Source: Dehalococcoidia bacterium
Lineage (GTDB): Bacteria > Chloroflexota > Dehalococcoidia > GIF9 > UBA5629
Assembly (NCBI GenBank): GCA_050014895.1
Contig: JBEKCL010000001.1
Coordinates: 1-49,481 of the forward strand
Length of the DNA: 49,481 nucleotides
Reading direction: 5' to 3'
In this document: positions 35,942 through 44,871 of the stretch, piece by piece
Numbering within the stretch: the stretch's first letter is position 1
How the letters are laid out: each line of letters starts with the position of its first letter
Made by a program: the position numbers and the translations under genes
Notes under the pieces: generated by a model
Databases searched by the model: none
The model's input: the letters and a program-made list of their open reading frames with translations, nothing else
What the model was told of the DNA's origin: nothing

Positions 35942-36550
35942 CTAAGCTACCGCATATTCTTTGCCGTTGTTCTTACCGTGTACCTCTCCCACTTTTTTCT
36001 TACCGTTGCCATTCGACTTTGGAGCTGCAACTTCAATCTCAGCGTCTGGATTTTTCGCTTCAATCCTGCTTTCTCCAAGTACCTTGGCAATCGCATCTGC
36101 ATCAACCTTAGATGACAGCAGCTTATTCAAATCGAGTAAAATTATCAGTCTGTCCGTCAGTTTGGCTATACCACGAAGGTAATCTGAGTTGCCCTGCGCC
36201 ATCATGGAAGAGGGAGGATCGATAGACGCATTCTGAACGCGTAACACCTCGGTAACTGCGTCCACTATTACTCCTACTTCGCCGTCAGCAATATCAACGA
36301 CAACAATACGACTCTCTTCAGTCTGTTCCGCAACTGTAAGTCCAAGCCGCTTTCTTAAATCGAGCACCGGCAGTACTTTTCCCCTTAGGTTGATTACACC
36401 TTCTACATATGACATAGCTCCCGGGACTTTCGTGATATTCTGCATACGCATTATCTCGCGCACATCCGAAATGTCGACGCCGTAGTGCTCGGATGCCAGA
36501 TCAAATACCACCAGTTGAATCTCATTCATCGTGCTGCTTGAATCCGCCAT
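35942..36550 (-). CDS. cheW: Chemotaxis coupling protein CheW with a ~50-aa Lys/Gly-rich C-terminal extension
   Basis: LVVFDLASEHYGVDISDVREI...INLRGKVLPVLDLRKRLGL...IVVVD. Confidence 0.85.
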   Translation of the reverse strand: MADSSSTMNEIQLVVFDLASEHYGVDISDVREIMRMQNITKVPGAMSYVEGVINLRGKVLPVLDLRKRLGLTVAEQTEESRIVVVDIADGEVGVIVDAVTEVLRVQNASIDPPSSMMAQGNSDYLRGIAKLTDRLIILLDLNKLLSSKVDADAIAKVLGESRIEAKNPDAEIEVAAPKSNGNGKKKVGEVHGKNNGKEYAVA

Positions 36551-36858
36551 TTAATTCCTCCTTTATTGATAATCCCTATGTGCTTTATATTGAGGCAGGA
36601 GCGCCATTGCCTCCGTCTCGATAAATTCAGTGATTACTCACTGTTACCGCCAGCCTATTCCGGCTATTTTCGGATTGTTTATTAAATGAATCAATTGTTG
36701 CATTAGCTTCATTGCCAAACAAGGCGCAACAGGCTAACTTTCATGAGCCAATGGGGTCTCTAATAAATGAGCCTGTAAGTAACATTGAGGCAGGAACTCG
36801 TACGGATTCATCCCGCGCCAGGCTACAATTTGATTCACCATTTTGCATAAATCAGGTT

Positions 36859-36900
36859 ATTATGAAAGCGGGAGCCGTAACGGTCTCCTGCTTTCATAAT
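36859..36900 (-). terminator. Long imperfect hairpin immediately after the stop of the MCP gene at 36909-39539 (possible terminator or processing site)
   Basis: ATTATGAAAGCGGGAG (36859-36874) pairs with TCTCCTGCTTTCATAAT (36884-36900), about 15 bp with one internal mismatch. The U-tract is weak. Confidence 0.4.
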
Positions 36901-36908
36901 AACAACCA

Positions 36909-39539
36909 CTAGTTGTTGCTTACCTTTCTTTCCGGAGAAGTCCGGACGGGCCCGGATGCTGACGCTACCGGCTCCGCGCTGTGCCCATTGCCATTCAATT
37001 TGTATTTCTTGACCAGGTTATCAAACTCGGTACCCATCTTCGTCAGGCTCCCACTGGAAGCAACTACCTGCTGCACCTGGGCGCTGATTTCCTCCGCTGC
37101 AGCCGATACCTGTTCCGTCGCAGCGCTGTTCTCTTCAGCAACACCGGCTACGCCTTCTACCGACCTGGACACTTCTTTGGCCGTTATCGCCATCTCCTCA
37201 GTTGCCGCCGTATTCTCCTCTACGATGGCGCTGATACTGTCGCTCAGCTTTACCATCTCGGCACTCATGGCTGTCAACTGCTGAGCTGCACTGGATATCT
37301 GCTCCACCTGGACTCCCATGTCTTTAGAGTGCTCCAGAATCTCATCCAGAGACTGCCCTGCCTTGCTGGCCTGCTCATATCCACCAGACACTTCCTGTGT
37401 CCCCTTCTCCATCGCAGCTACCGTCTCAGCTACACCGTTCTGTATCCCGCTGATTAGGTCGGCTATCTCTTTGGTTGCCAACTGCGACCTTTCCGCCAGT
37501 TTCCTGACTTCATCGGCTACCACGGCAAAACCGCGGCCCTGCTCTCCGGCCCTGGCAGCTTCCACTGCCGCATTCAAAGCCAGCAGGTTCGTCTGGTCTG
37601 CTATATCATCAATCGCCGCTACGATCTTGCCTATCTCTTTTGAGCGCTCTCCCAACCCATTTACCTTGCTGGAAGCAATATCCATCGTCTTCTTAATGTT
37701 TTCCATGCCCTTGACAGTCTCACGTGATATGACCGCACCTTTCTGCGCCGACTCGGCAGCCACTTTGGCTCCAGCCGCTGCATTCTGCGCATTAGTCGAT
37801 ACCTGTGTTATGGCCGTAGATATCTGGCTCACTACCTGCACGTTCTTCTCTATTATCTGGGTCTGTTCCTGAGCACCCTTGGCTATCTGGTCGATAGCTC
37901 TTGAAAGCTGCTCGATGGCCTTCAGTGTGTCCTGCAGCGCAGTAGCCTGGTCGGCAGCGCCTTTAGCCACTTGCTGGCTGGAAGATGCGATCTGCTGCGT
38001 GGCCTGCCCGGCCTGCTCGGATGCCTGCGTCAACTGCAAACCAGCTTCCATGAGGTCCTGGGTAACCTGCTTAAGCTTAAGGACAACGCTAATCCTGTTT
38101 TGTACCGATTCATTGATGGCATCCTTGAGCTTGCCTAATTCGCCTTTGTAATCCCCCATTACCCGGGTAGTCAGATCATAATCAACTTCCCTGTGAAGAA
38201 CACCGGCCGACTCATTTAAGGGATTAATAATGGCATCAAGCGTATCGTTAATACCTTTAATAATCTTGATATAATCACCTTTGAACTTGGATGTATCCCC
38301 GCGAACATCCAAGTTGCCCTCAGCCGCCGCCATGGTCAGCATCCCTGTTTCAGAAATAAGGGACAGCAGGTTATTTCGCAGTAAATCCATTTTCTCGTTG
38401 GCAATAATCTGTTTGCCAGGCAATTTTTCGAGTATCTGATTAAAGTCACCCTCTGCGTAGGAGGTCAATATGCCAAGTATTTTAAGAATATTGCCAACAT
38501 GCATTTTAAGCGCGGCATTATAGCTTTCACCAACTTCTTTGAAAGCCCCGCTCAAGCCAGCCGTATCCATGTAATACTCGATGTCACCGGCTTTCTGTTC
38601 CTCGTAGACCTTGTTCATGTTACCGGTAAGATTGCGGAGAGTGTCCGTCATAGATATTAACGCCGGCGCAATCTCGTCTTTGTCATCCATGCCTACTATA
38701 TTTGTACTGATATCGCCGCCGGAAATCTTCTGCATCGTCCCTATAACAATATTCTGAAGGTTATCTGCGAATGTATCCATTGTGTCCGCGAGTATACCGA
38801 TATCATCCTTGCGCTTGTATCTCAACCTTGCGCTCAGATGACCACGGCCAAGCTCTTTCATCATATTTATGGCTTGCTGGAGTGGTTGACCGATGTTCTT
38901 AGATAGGAGAAACCCCACGCCAACCATCATAAACGCACCGATTATTGTAAAGGCCGAAATCAGCATTATGGACTGCCACAAGCTATTATTTACCTGGTTT
39001 TTTTGGCTATTGGCTTCTTTTTGATCGATATCTATTAGATTATTAAGGGCCAAATCTACTTGCTCACGCGCTGTAATCAGTTCGCTCCCGGCAGCAAGGT
39101 TTTTCACCACCGCTTCAGTATCACCGGATTTGAAACTATTTAGAGTTACAGCATAATCTTTCTTGTAGTTTTCCCAACTGAGGCTGACTTTAGCAAGTGC
39201 TGCCTTCTCGTCTTCCAGCAGCGCATTTCCACGGTACGTATTGATATCACTATCGACTTTTGCTATATCAGCGTCGATGGTCCCTAATATCTGAGGCCCT
39301 TCGCTGTCTTTCATCGCCACATATCTGTATAAGTCTGCTTTCATAGTCTGGAGATCCGACCTGGCATTGCCAAGCTGCTCGATTGACGCCAAGCTGGTGG
39401 AATATAAGGCGTTCACCTGGCCGTTAATGCCCATGCTGGTAAAATAATTTATCGTTGCTAACATGACCAACATAACAGCTACGGTAATCGAGATAATCAT
39501 TAACCGTCTGCCGACCTTGACATTGTTAAATGCATACAT
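36909..39539 (-). CDS. Transmembrane methyl-accepting chemotaxis protein (4-helix-bundle-like sensor, HAMP, extended linker, signalling domain), 876 aa from the preferred start
   Basis: The preferred ATG at 39539 ([25 protein letters not shown]) has GGAGG 12 nt upstream. The longer ORF to 39773 adds a non-MCP-like leader. Second TM helix, then HAMP. Signalling hairpin [40 protein letters not shown]. Confidence 0.9.
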   Translation of the reverse strand: MYAFNNVKVGRRLMIISITVAVMLVMLATINYFTSMGINGQVNALYSTSLASIEQLGNARSDLQTMKADLYRYVAMKDSEGPQILGTIDADIAKVDSDINTYRGNALLEDEKAALAKVSLSWENYKKDYAVTLNSFKSGDTEAVVKNLAAGSELITAREQVDLALNNLIDIDQKEANSQKNQVNNSLWQSIMLISAFTIIGAFMMVGVGFLLSKNIGQPLQQAINMMKELGRGHLSARLRYKRKDDIGILADTMDTFADNLQNIVIGTMQKISGGDISTNIVGMDDKDEIAPALISMTDTLRNLTGNMNKVYEEQKAGDIEYYMDTAGLSGAFKEVGESYNAALKMHVGNILKILGILTSYAEGDFNQILEKLPGKQIIANEKMDLLRNNLLSLISETGMLTMAAAEGNLDVRGDTSKFKGDYIKIIKGINDTLDAIINPLNESAGVLHREVDYDLTTRVMGDYKGELGKLKDAINESVQNRISVVLKLKQVTQDLMEAGLQLTQASEQAGQATQQIASSSQQVAKGAADQATALQDTLKAIEQLSRAIDQIAKGAQEQTQIIEKNVQVVSQISTAITQVSTNAQNAAAGAKVAAESAQKGAVISRETVKGMENIKKTMDIASSKVNGLGERSKEIGKIVAAIDDIADQTNLLALNAAVEAARAGEQGRGFAVVADEVRKLAERSQLATKEIADLISGIQNGVAETVAAMEKGTQEVSGGYEQASKAGQSLDEILEHSKDMGVQVEQISSAAQQLTAMSAEMVKLSDSISAIVEENTAATEEMAITAKEVSRSVEGVAGVAEENSAATEQVSAAAEEISAQVQQVVASSGSLTKMGTEFDNLVKKYKLNGNGHSAEPVASASGPVRTSPERKVSNN

Positions 39540-40053
39540 CAGAACAAGTTCCTCCAAATAAATTTTGTATATATACGTATATTTCGGGAAATAGGCGCGG
39601 TGACTGGGGTAGAAATCATACCACCTGAACCTCCTTATAATTGTTACATTTTGTTTGCTGGGAATAATTTTGTCAGTTGGTCGACTTACATACAACGTGC
39701 AATTGGTTAGATTTGATGAGCCATCCGGGTCAATATGATATGCCCACACGCCTTCGAACCACCCCAGTTTCACACTCTACACTGATACTACGCATGCTAT
39801 CGCTTATGAGCTTCGTGGCAAGAGCATATAAGTAATATAAATACCGGGGAAGCAAACGATGCTCAGGAATCTCGATTTACTATAGTTAACGGCCAAGGGG
39901 CGGATATCGGGTAGTTGTAGTGAGCAGTTAAGCGATACTTACGATCGTAATCCTGGCAAAATGCTGCATGGTCGATAAAACCAATGATTAGACTTACAGG
40001 AAACAGTGCCGTTGATGCGTTGTTGCAAATATAAAAGTGAAGTTGAGTAAAAA

Positions 40054-40872
40054 CTACATAAGTGGAGACAGGTACCAGGCCAGTATTGCCTTACCCCACA
40101 GCAATGCAGCTATTCCGCCCAGGCACAGAAACGGGCCAAACGGCATAGGGTCCTTGCGCCCTCGGCGCCTCGTCAAAAGCAATATCCCCGCCACCAGACC
40201 ACCGCCGATTACCCCTATAAAAAGCGCTACAAGGACGATGGGGAAACCGGTCATCATTCCAATGAGCGCCGCCAGCTTTACATCTCCAAATGCCATGCCG
40301 CCGCGTGAAATAATGACTACCAGCAATAACAGTATAAACCCCGCCAAACCGCCTAATATGATATTGATAAGGTAATTATATGTAAGCATAAATATCCCTG
40401 ATGCGGGAAAAGCAAAAAACCAGTGAGGTTTTACATTTATAAGCATAATAGCCAGGGAAATAAGCAGCACCATGATGGATCCGGGGTATGTTACAACGTT
40501 GGGAATAAGCATTTGTTCGATATCAGTCACAAGTAGGATCAGCAAAAGCAGACAATAGATTACCAGTACCGACAGCTCCCAGCTAAAACCATATTTCCAG
40601 AGAAGGTAGGCCATCAGCAAGCCTGTACCAACCTCCACCAGGATGATATGAACCGGCAGCGGCTTACCACAACTGGGACATTTATTTCTTGCAAGCAAGT
40701 AGCCGACTACCGGCAGCATATACAAGGGCCGCCAACTGACGGAACAATTCCTGCAATTGGAGAAAATAAATGTCCTCGGCTCCCGGGTCAATCCTCCCCC
40801 TATATAATTGACCAGGCTGCCGCAAAAAAGCCCCAAAATAAAAAAAAACAGGTAAAAGAAGTACATTAACAT
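40054..40872 (-). CDS. pilD: Type IV prepilin peptidase (A24 family, PilD-like) with an N-terminal Cys-rich motif
   Basis: CRNCSVSW...CPSCGKPL. Catalytic Asp contexts LLVTDIEQMLIP and MAFGDVKLAALIGMMTGF. PFGPFLCLGG. Polytopic membrane protein. Confidence 0.85.
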   Translation of the reverse strand: MLMYFFYLFFFILGLFCGSLVNYIGGGLTREPRTFIFSNCRNCSVSWRPLYMLPVVGYLLARNKCPSCGKPLPVHIILVEVGTGLLMAYLLWKYGFSWELSVLVIYCLLLLILLVTDIEQMLIPNVVTYPGSIMVLLISLAIMLINVKPHWFFAFPASGIFMLTYNYLINIILGGLAGFILLLLVVIISRGGMAFGDVKLAALIGMMTGFPIVLVALFIGVIGGGLVAGILLLTRRRGRKDPMPFGPFLCLGGIAALLWGKAILAWYLSPLM

Positions 40873-40916
40873 TAATATATATTCGGTACAGGTTTATTAG
40901 TTGCCCCCGACTTGCA

Positions 40917-41072
40917 TCAGGGTTTTTGGGAAAGGTCTCTCCAGGCAGCCAGGGCAAACACAATGGCCAGTAACGCAAATGCTATTGCAGTCCAATAAGT
41001 TTTATCCAGAAATGATCCTGCAATTGCCCCGTATATAGCAGCCACAGACCCAAGAAACCATACATATTTCAT
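40917..41072 (-). CDS. Small two-TM membrane protein (51 aa from the preferred start)
   Basis: GGGAGGG lies 7 nt upstream of the ATG at 41072. Sequence: MKYVWFLGSVAAIYGAIAGSFLDKTYWTAIAFALLAIVFALAAW. Confidence 0.4.
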   Translation of the reverse strand: MKYVWFLGSVAAIYGAIAGSFLDKTYWTAIAFALLAIVFALAAWRDLSQKP

Positions 41073-41166
41073 TCGGCAACCCTCCCTTTTTCCTAATAAT
41101 GCCTTAAGCCTTATCAAACGTCAATAGGATGAGGTGATTTCAAAACAATTTTGTGTTACGATATTT

Positions 41167-41198
41167 ATGTCACAGTAATTTATAAATTACTGTGACAT
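41167..41198. promoter_or_regulatory. Perfect 32-nt palindrome ATGTCACAGTAATTTATAAATTACTGTGACAT in a divergent intergenic region, ending 6 nt before the ATG at 41205
   Basis: Verified base by base as its own reverse complement. Confidence 0.6.
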
Positions 41199-41204
41199 TT
41201 AATC

Positions 41205-42074
41205 ATGAGTTATTCATTTTTCACGCCATTTCTGAGGAATATAGTCAATAATTCCTATACCTTCTTCTGGCCTGTATATGAAGGCACTACCACAATAACT
41301 GAAAAAGAACGGAAACGGCTGCTATCCGTCACAGGCGACCGGGGTATGGAAGAAGTCGATGGACGGCCGCCATTCCTTTTATGCAAAGGTAACAGAAAGC
41401 GGTATTATGCCCCCCTGAGAAAGAACCCAACCCTGCATCGTTCGTTCTGTGAAATCGCCGATAATGAAGATATCATTGAATTTGCATCCAAATTCGGCAT
41501 GCTGGGTTTCACCAGATCATACGAGGTCCGCAAGAGGGACGGATCACAATCCTTAGCAATGTTTATCGAATCAATAGCCAGGTGGAAATATGAACTGGCA
41601 GAAATGAAACAGTTGGTATACCTGTGGGAATTGATAAGGAACGGAAGGCTGTCACTGCTGGGAGCACTTATGGACAGGGAAGACAATGGCATCTACATCA
41701 CACTGGGTAAACGCAAGGATATGATAGATGATAATAGCTCTCCCCTATCACGAAAATGGGACATGGAAGGAGAGCAACCGCTGGAAGCAGCACTCCAGTA
41801 TCTTACAACCAGAATTAATAAAAAAGTAACGGGAAGTGTTTTCCCCACCGCTCTTCCTTCGTACCAAAAGAGGGTCTATCTCCTGCCGCGCAACCTGATG
41901 GCTGGAATGTGGCTGATGTTTCTGTGGGAGGTCATCGGCGAGGTCAGGCCCCACCGGTGTCCTGGCTGTGGCGAATGGTTCGACCCGAAACGCAGCACCC
42001 GCATCACCTGCGGCGACAGGTGCAGGAAAAGGATGTCACGGAAGAACAGGCAAAAAATCCAGGCTACCAATTAA
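41205..42074 (+). CDS. Uncharacterised 289-aa protein with a C-terminal CxxC...CxxxC zinc-ribbon and basic tail (CGNR-zinc-finger-like)
   Basis: C-terminus HRCPGCGEWFDPKRSTRITCGDRCRKRMSRKNRQK. The N-terminal region has no recognisable family. Confidence 0.5.
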   Translation: MSYSFFTPFLRNIVNNSYTFFWPVYEGTTTITEKERKRLLSVTGDRGMEEVDGRPPFLLCKGNRKRYYAPLRKNPTLHRSFCEIADNEDIIEFASKFGMLGFTRSYEVRKRDGSQSLAMFIESIARWKYELAEMKQLVYLWELIRNGRLSLLGALMDREDNGIYITLGKRKDMIDDNSSPLSRKWDMEGEQPLEAALQYLTTRINKKVTGSVFPTALPSYQKRVYLLPRNLMAGMWLMFLWEVIGEVRPHRCPGCGEWFDPKRSTRITCGDRCRKRMSRKNRQKIQATN

Positions 42075-42127
42075 ATAGGGGAAAAACTCTAAATAAATTC
42101 GAAACTCAAAGCTCAAATGCTCATAAA

Positions 42128-43192
42128 TTAGCCTCTAACGTACTTATCCTCACCCATGCCAAAGAAGCTGTTGATCTCCACCTTATTGCCGGACGGACTT
42201 TTTATAAGACCATTGCAGTAACCAAAAGGCCCCCTGTATCTGACCTTCAGTACAAGAGCATTCATATTGATTTCGCCCGCCATCACCGGCTTGAATACCA
42301 GGTCGACCGTGCCATGCTGGTCGCGTATACCCCAATCGCCCATATCACCGTGCGGCCGGGAGAATTTTACCGCCGGCAGCAAATTCAGCTTACCATTTAC
42401 CCATAGACAGTTTTCGTTGTATTTTTCAGGATCGATTGACTGGTTGTCAGTCAAATTAAACCCGGTCAATTGTTTTTGTTCATCATATCCGGCCGCCGTC
42501 AACCAATCGTACCTCATTACATAGGGATAAAAGCCCTTGTGGTCATCCATAAAAGCGAAACTTTTTCCACGTGTGAATATGACTTTTTCTTCTCCGATGC
42601 TCATACTGCCCTGCATGGGCATCAGGCATTTGTGAGAATATACGCCGCGGTTTTTGCCAAATGGTATTGAGACAACGATCGGCTCAACCATACCTGAATC
42701 ATGAAAGGTCTCAAAATGCGCCTCGATGGCAGGGGTCACTCTGTTGCCCTTTACTTTAACATTGATATAAAACCGCCCTTTACCGAGATGGCTGCCTATC
42801 TCAATGAAGCTATCCTTATCACGATACGCCTGGTTGGCGTCCCATATCGATCCGGGCACGTGTATTTTCCATGACGGCATTATTTTTTCAAAAATGTATT
42901 TCTTTTTGTTTTCCTTGTCATAGGCTATAAACTGAGCAAGAGCCGAGACCTTGGCATTATAGAGCACAGCAAGTATGAACCACCTTTCATTTCCCAGTTG
43001 GAACGCCTGCCACTCCTTCAACCTGAAACTGATGAAAGGCCGTGGAAGCCAGCAACCTAGCGGGTTTTTAGCATCCAGGGGATTCACTTCGCGAAATTGG
43101 TTTTTGAAAGTACCAAAATGGAATTTTCCGCCCGTCACCAGGCTCTTGCGAGCTGTAAGCAATTCACGTGTCGGGTAATCTGCCATTTGCAC
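42128..43192 (-). CDS. Hypothetical protein, possibly DUF2804 family (354 aa)
   Basis: RLKEWQAFQLGN...NENCLWVNGKLNLLPAVKF...WGIRDQHGTVDLVFKP resembles what I recall of DUF2804. This is unverified. Confidence 0.4.
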   Translation of the reverse strand: MQMADYPTRELLTARKSLVTGGKFHFGTFKNQFREVNPLDAKNPLGCWLPRPFISFRLKEWQAFQLGNERWFILAVLYNAKVSALAQFIAYDKENKKKYIFEKIMPSWKIHVPGSIWDANQAYRDKDSFIEIGSHLGKGRFYINVKVKGNRVTPAIEAHFETFHDSGMVEPIVVSIPFGKNRGVYSHKCLMPMQGSMSIGEEKVIFTRGKSFAFMDDHKGFYPYVMRYDWLTAAGYDEQKQLTGFNLTDNQSIDPEKYNENCLWVNGKLNLLPAVKFSRPHGDMGDWGIRDQHGTVDLVFKPVMAGEINMNALVLKVRYRGPFGYCNGLIKSPSGNKVEINSFFGMGEDKYVRG

Positions 43193-43517
43193 CCCCCCTT
43201 CTGACCACCGCCATTTTGCACCATATAAGCCGAAATTTCAAAACAAACGCAACTCTGATCGTGGCACTATGGAAAAGCGCTTCTTAAAAATAAAACTTTA
43301 GAAATGACACTGCACAACCAGCAGCCTGGCTCTGTTACTTTGGTATCCCCGTACTTTAGTCATAACCCCCGCCTTTTTATATCTGCCCGTTACCTTAGTA
43401 CCACCGCAGTACCATACCTATTATCTATTTACCATGAATTAAACTGCGCACATAATTGAAACGTGCAAAAGTATAAACAAGCTAAAAAACAAATAAAACA
43501 CATTTAGGAGGTTTTCT

Positions 43518-43835
43518 GTGAAAAAGTTTTTTAAGTACGGGCAAAAGGGTTTCACACTAATCGAGTTACTGGTTGTCATCTCGATCCTGGGTATCCTGGC
43601 AGCGGTGGTCGTGCTCAATGTGACCAAATATATAGGTTCGGGCAAGAGCGAGGCGGCTGCAACAGAACTATCCAACGTACAGACGGCAGTTGCGGCTTAT
43701 ATGTACGATCATACTGGAGCTGTACCTGCGAATACAGGTGCCCTATCGGGCTATTTCCTGAGCCCCATAGGTAAGCTTGCTACGTACACAATCAACTCCG
43801 CAGACGGATCAGTAACGCAGACAATATTACCGTAA
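43518..43835 (+). CDS. Type IV pilin / pseudopilin-like protein with a prepilin N-terminal cleavage/methylation motif (105 aa, GTG start)
   Basis: MKKFFKYGQKG/FTLIELLVVISILGILAAVVV. An AGGAGG RBS precedes the GTG. Confidence 0.85.
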   Translation: MKKFFKYGQKGFTLIELLVVISILGILAAVVVLNVTKYIGSGKSEAAATELSNVQTAVAAYMYDHTGAVPANTGALSGYFLSPIGKLATYTINSADGSVTQTILP

Positions 43836-43866
43836 TGCGCACTCCCACATTGTCCCTGTAAAACAG

Positions 43867-43902
43867 CAGGCACGGACCCGGGTCCGTGCCTGTTTTCTTT
43901 TT
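43867..43902 (+). terminator. Rho-independent terminator of the pilin gene
   Basis: CAGGCACGGACCC pairs with GGGTCCGTGCCTG (13-bp arms, 43867-43892), followed by TTTTCTTTTT. Confidence 0.85.
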
Positions 43903-44028
43903 ATTGCAGTATCGCTGCATGTGGCTAGGGTGAGAATCCAATCAGCAGCCGATGTCTTATGAGCAGATGGAGTTGCTATTTTGTAATTCAAATATGAGCA
44001 AACTGTTAGCAAATAGCGGGAGTTTGAA

Positions 44029-44073
44029 TGGAGCCAACGGTCAGAGTCGAACTGACGACCAGCTGTTTACGAA
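44029..44073 (-). other. 3' remnant (anticodon loop to CCA, 45 nt) of a tRNA-Thr(CGU)-like gene. It is not a complete tRNA and is a putative att core.
   Basis: The minus strand reads TTCGTAA-ACAGC-TGGTC-GTCAG-TTCGACT-CTGAC-CGTTGGC-T-CCA. That parses as anticodon loop (U33, CGU, A37), 3' anticodon stem, variable loop, T arm, 3' acceptor strand, discriminator and CCA. Upstream sequence (CGTAA) cannot pair with ACAGC, and no GCCAACG 5' acceptor strand is present. Confidence 0.7.
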
Positions 44074-44871
44074 TTACGAGGGGAGCATATCAGAAGATGA
44101 TTTCAGATATAAAACCATGGTTATTGATTTATCGGACTATGCTATTTTACGATCAAGGATTTTTGCGATGACGGCCGGTTACAAATAGTTCGTTAGCAAA
44201 ATGTTAGCAAAGCCTTATCATGCGGCAGCAACCAATAAGACTAATATGTAAACCTTCGGGTTATGAATTTTAGTAACAGGCTATTAAAAGGTGATTTCAC
44301 GTTCATAATGCTACATTTATTCTATTTTAGAAAAACCTTTTCTAATCACGGATATTGACACGTGTTCATTAATATTTATTAATCCGTTAGCTTTTTTCTT
44401 AACATGATTTAACTACAAGGGCTAAATTTTCACGCTACCCATGATTGGTATATCTAAATTAATGACTTAATAATAAAACTCCAACTCAAACCATAGACAA
44501 TCCTGGGTATTTACATTTAGAAACATAACAAAAAGCATCCGGAGGTAGTACCCTACCTACCTGCTTATATGATATTATTTACTTGCTATTGTGGAGGCTG
44601 AGAGAAAATAGGCGACTCCTCTTAAACATGGAATGAAAACAGCTTGGCTCTTACCGATTGCTCATTGTATTTACGAGAATTGCAGGCTTTTGATTGTTTT
44701 CTTTTATTAAACCCCAAAATAGCTAACACATGAGACAACAAATCATCTTGGATTGGAGAAAAATAGCGCCTTTGAATACTGGGACGCGCTAAAAAGCGGA
44801 AGCTTGTTGTAATACAGCCAAATCATTTGGATATGCCATTTACCAATCATATATGCAATGGGAGTAGGGAT

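Noticed and set aside
36551-36908. A 358-nt gap between the MCP gene at 36909-39539 and cheW, including a 66-aa plus-strand ORF (36712-36912), considered as a possible hidden gene or RNA
   Set aside because: The ORF has no RBS and a non-protein-like composition. Apart from the hairpin at 36859-36900, I could not identify any conserved RNA structure by eye. It is most simply an internal promoter region for cheW and cheA.
39540-39773. A 78-codon N-terminal extension of the transmembrane MCP ([13 protein letters not shown]...)
   Set aside because: The extension has no MCP-like or signal-peptide character. The internal ATG at 39539 has GGAGG 12 nt upstream and gives the standard short cytoplasmic N-terminus followed by TM1.
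42128-43192. The 354-aa protein considered as the missing CheF adaptor, on the basis of similar size
   Set aside because: It lies outside the che/arl block, separated from it by pilD, divergent genes and the palindrome. Its motifs (RLKEW..., NENCLWVNG...) resemble DUF2804 rather than anything I can tie to CheF. This needs an HMM check but is not supportable here.
44029-44105. A complete tRNA gene on the minus strand
   Set aside because: Only positions 32-76 fold as a tRNA. The upstream sequence cannot form the anticodon stem, the D arm or the 5' acceptor strand (no GCCAACG). It is therefore reported as a remnant, not a gene.
43952-44188. A 78-aa plus-strand ORF
   Set aside because: It overlaps the tRNA remnant on the opposite strand, lacks an RBS, and sits directly after a strong terminator.
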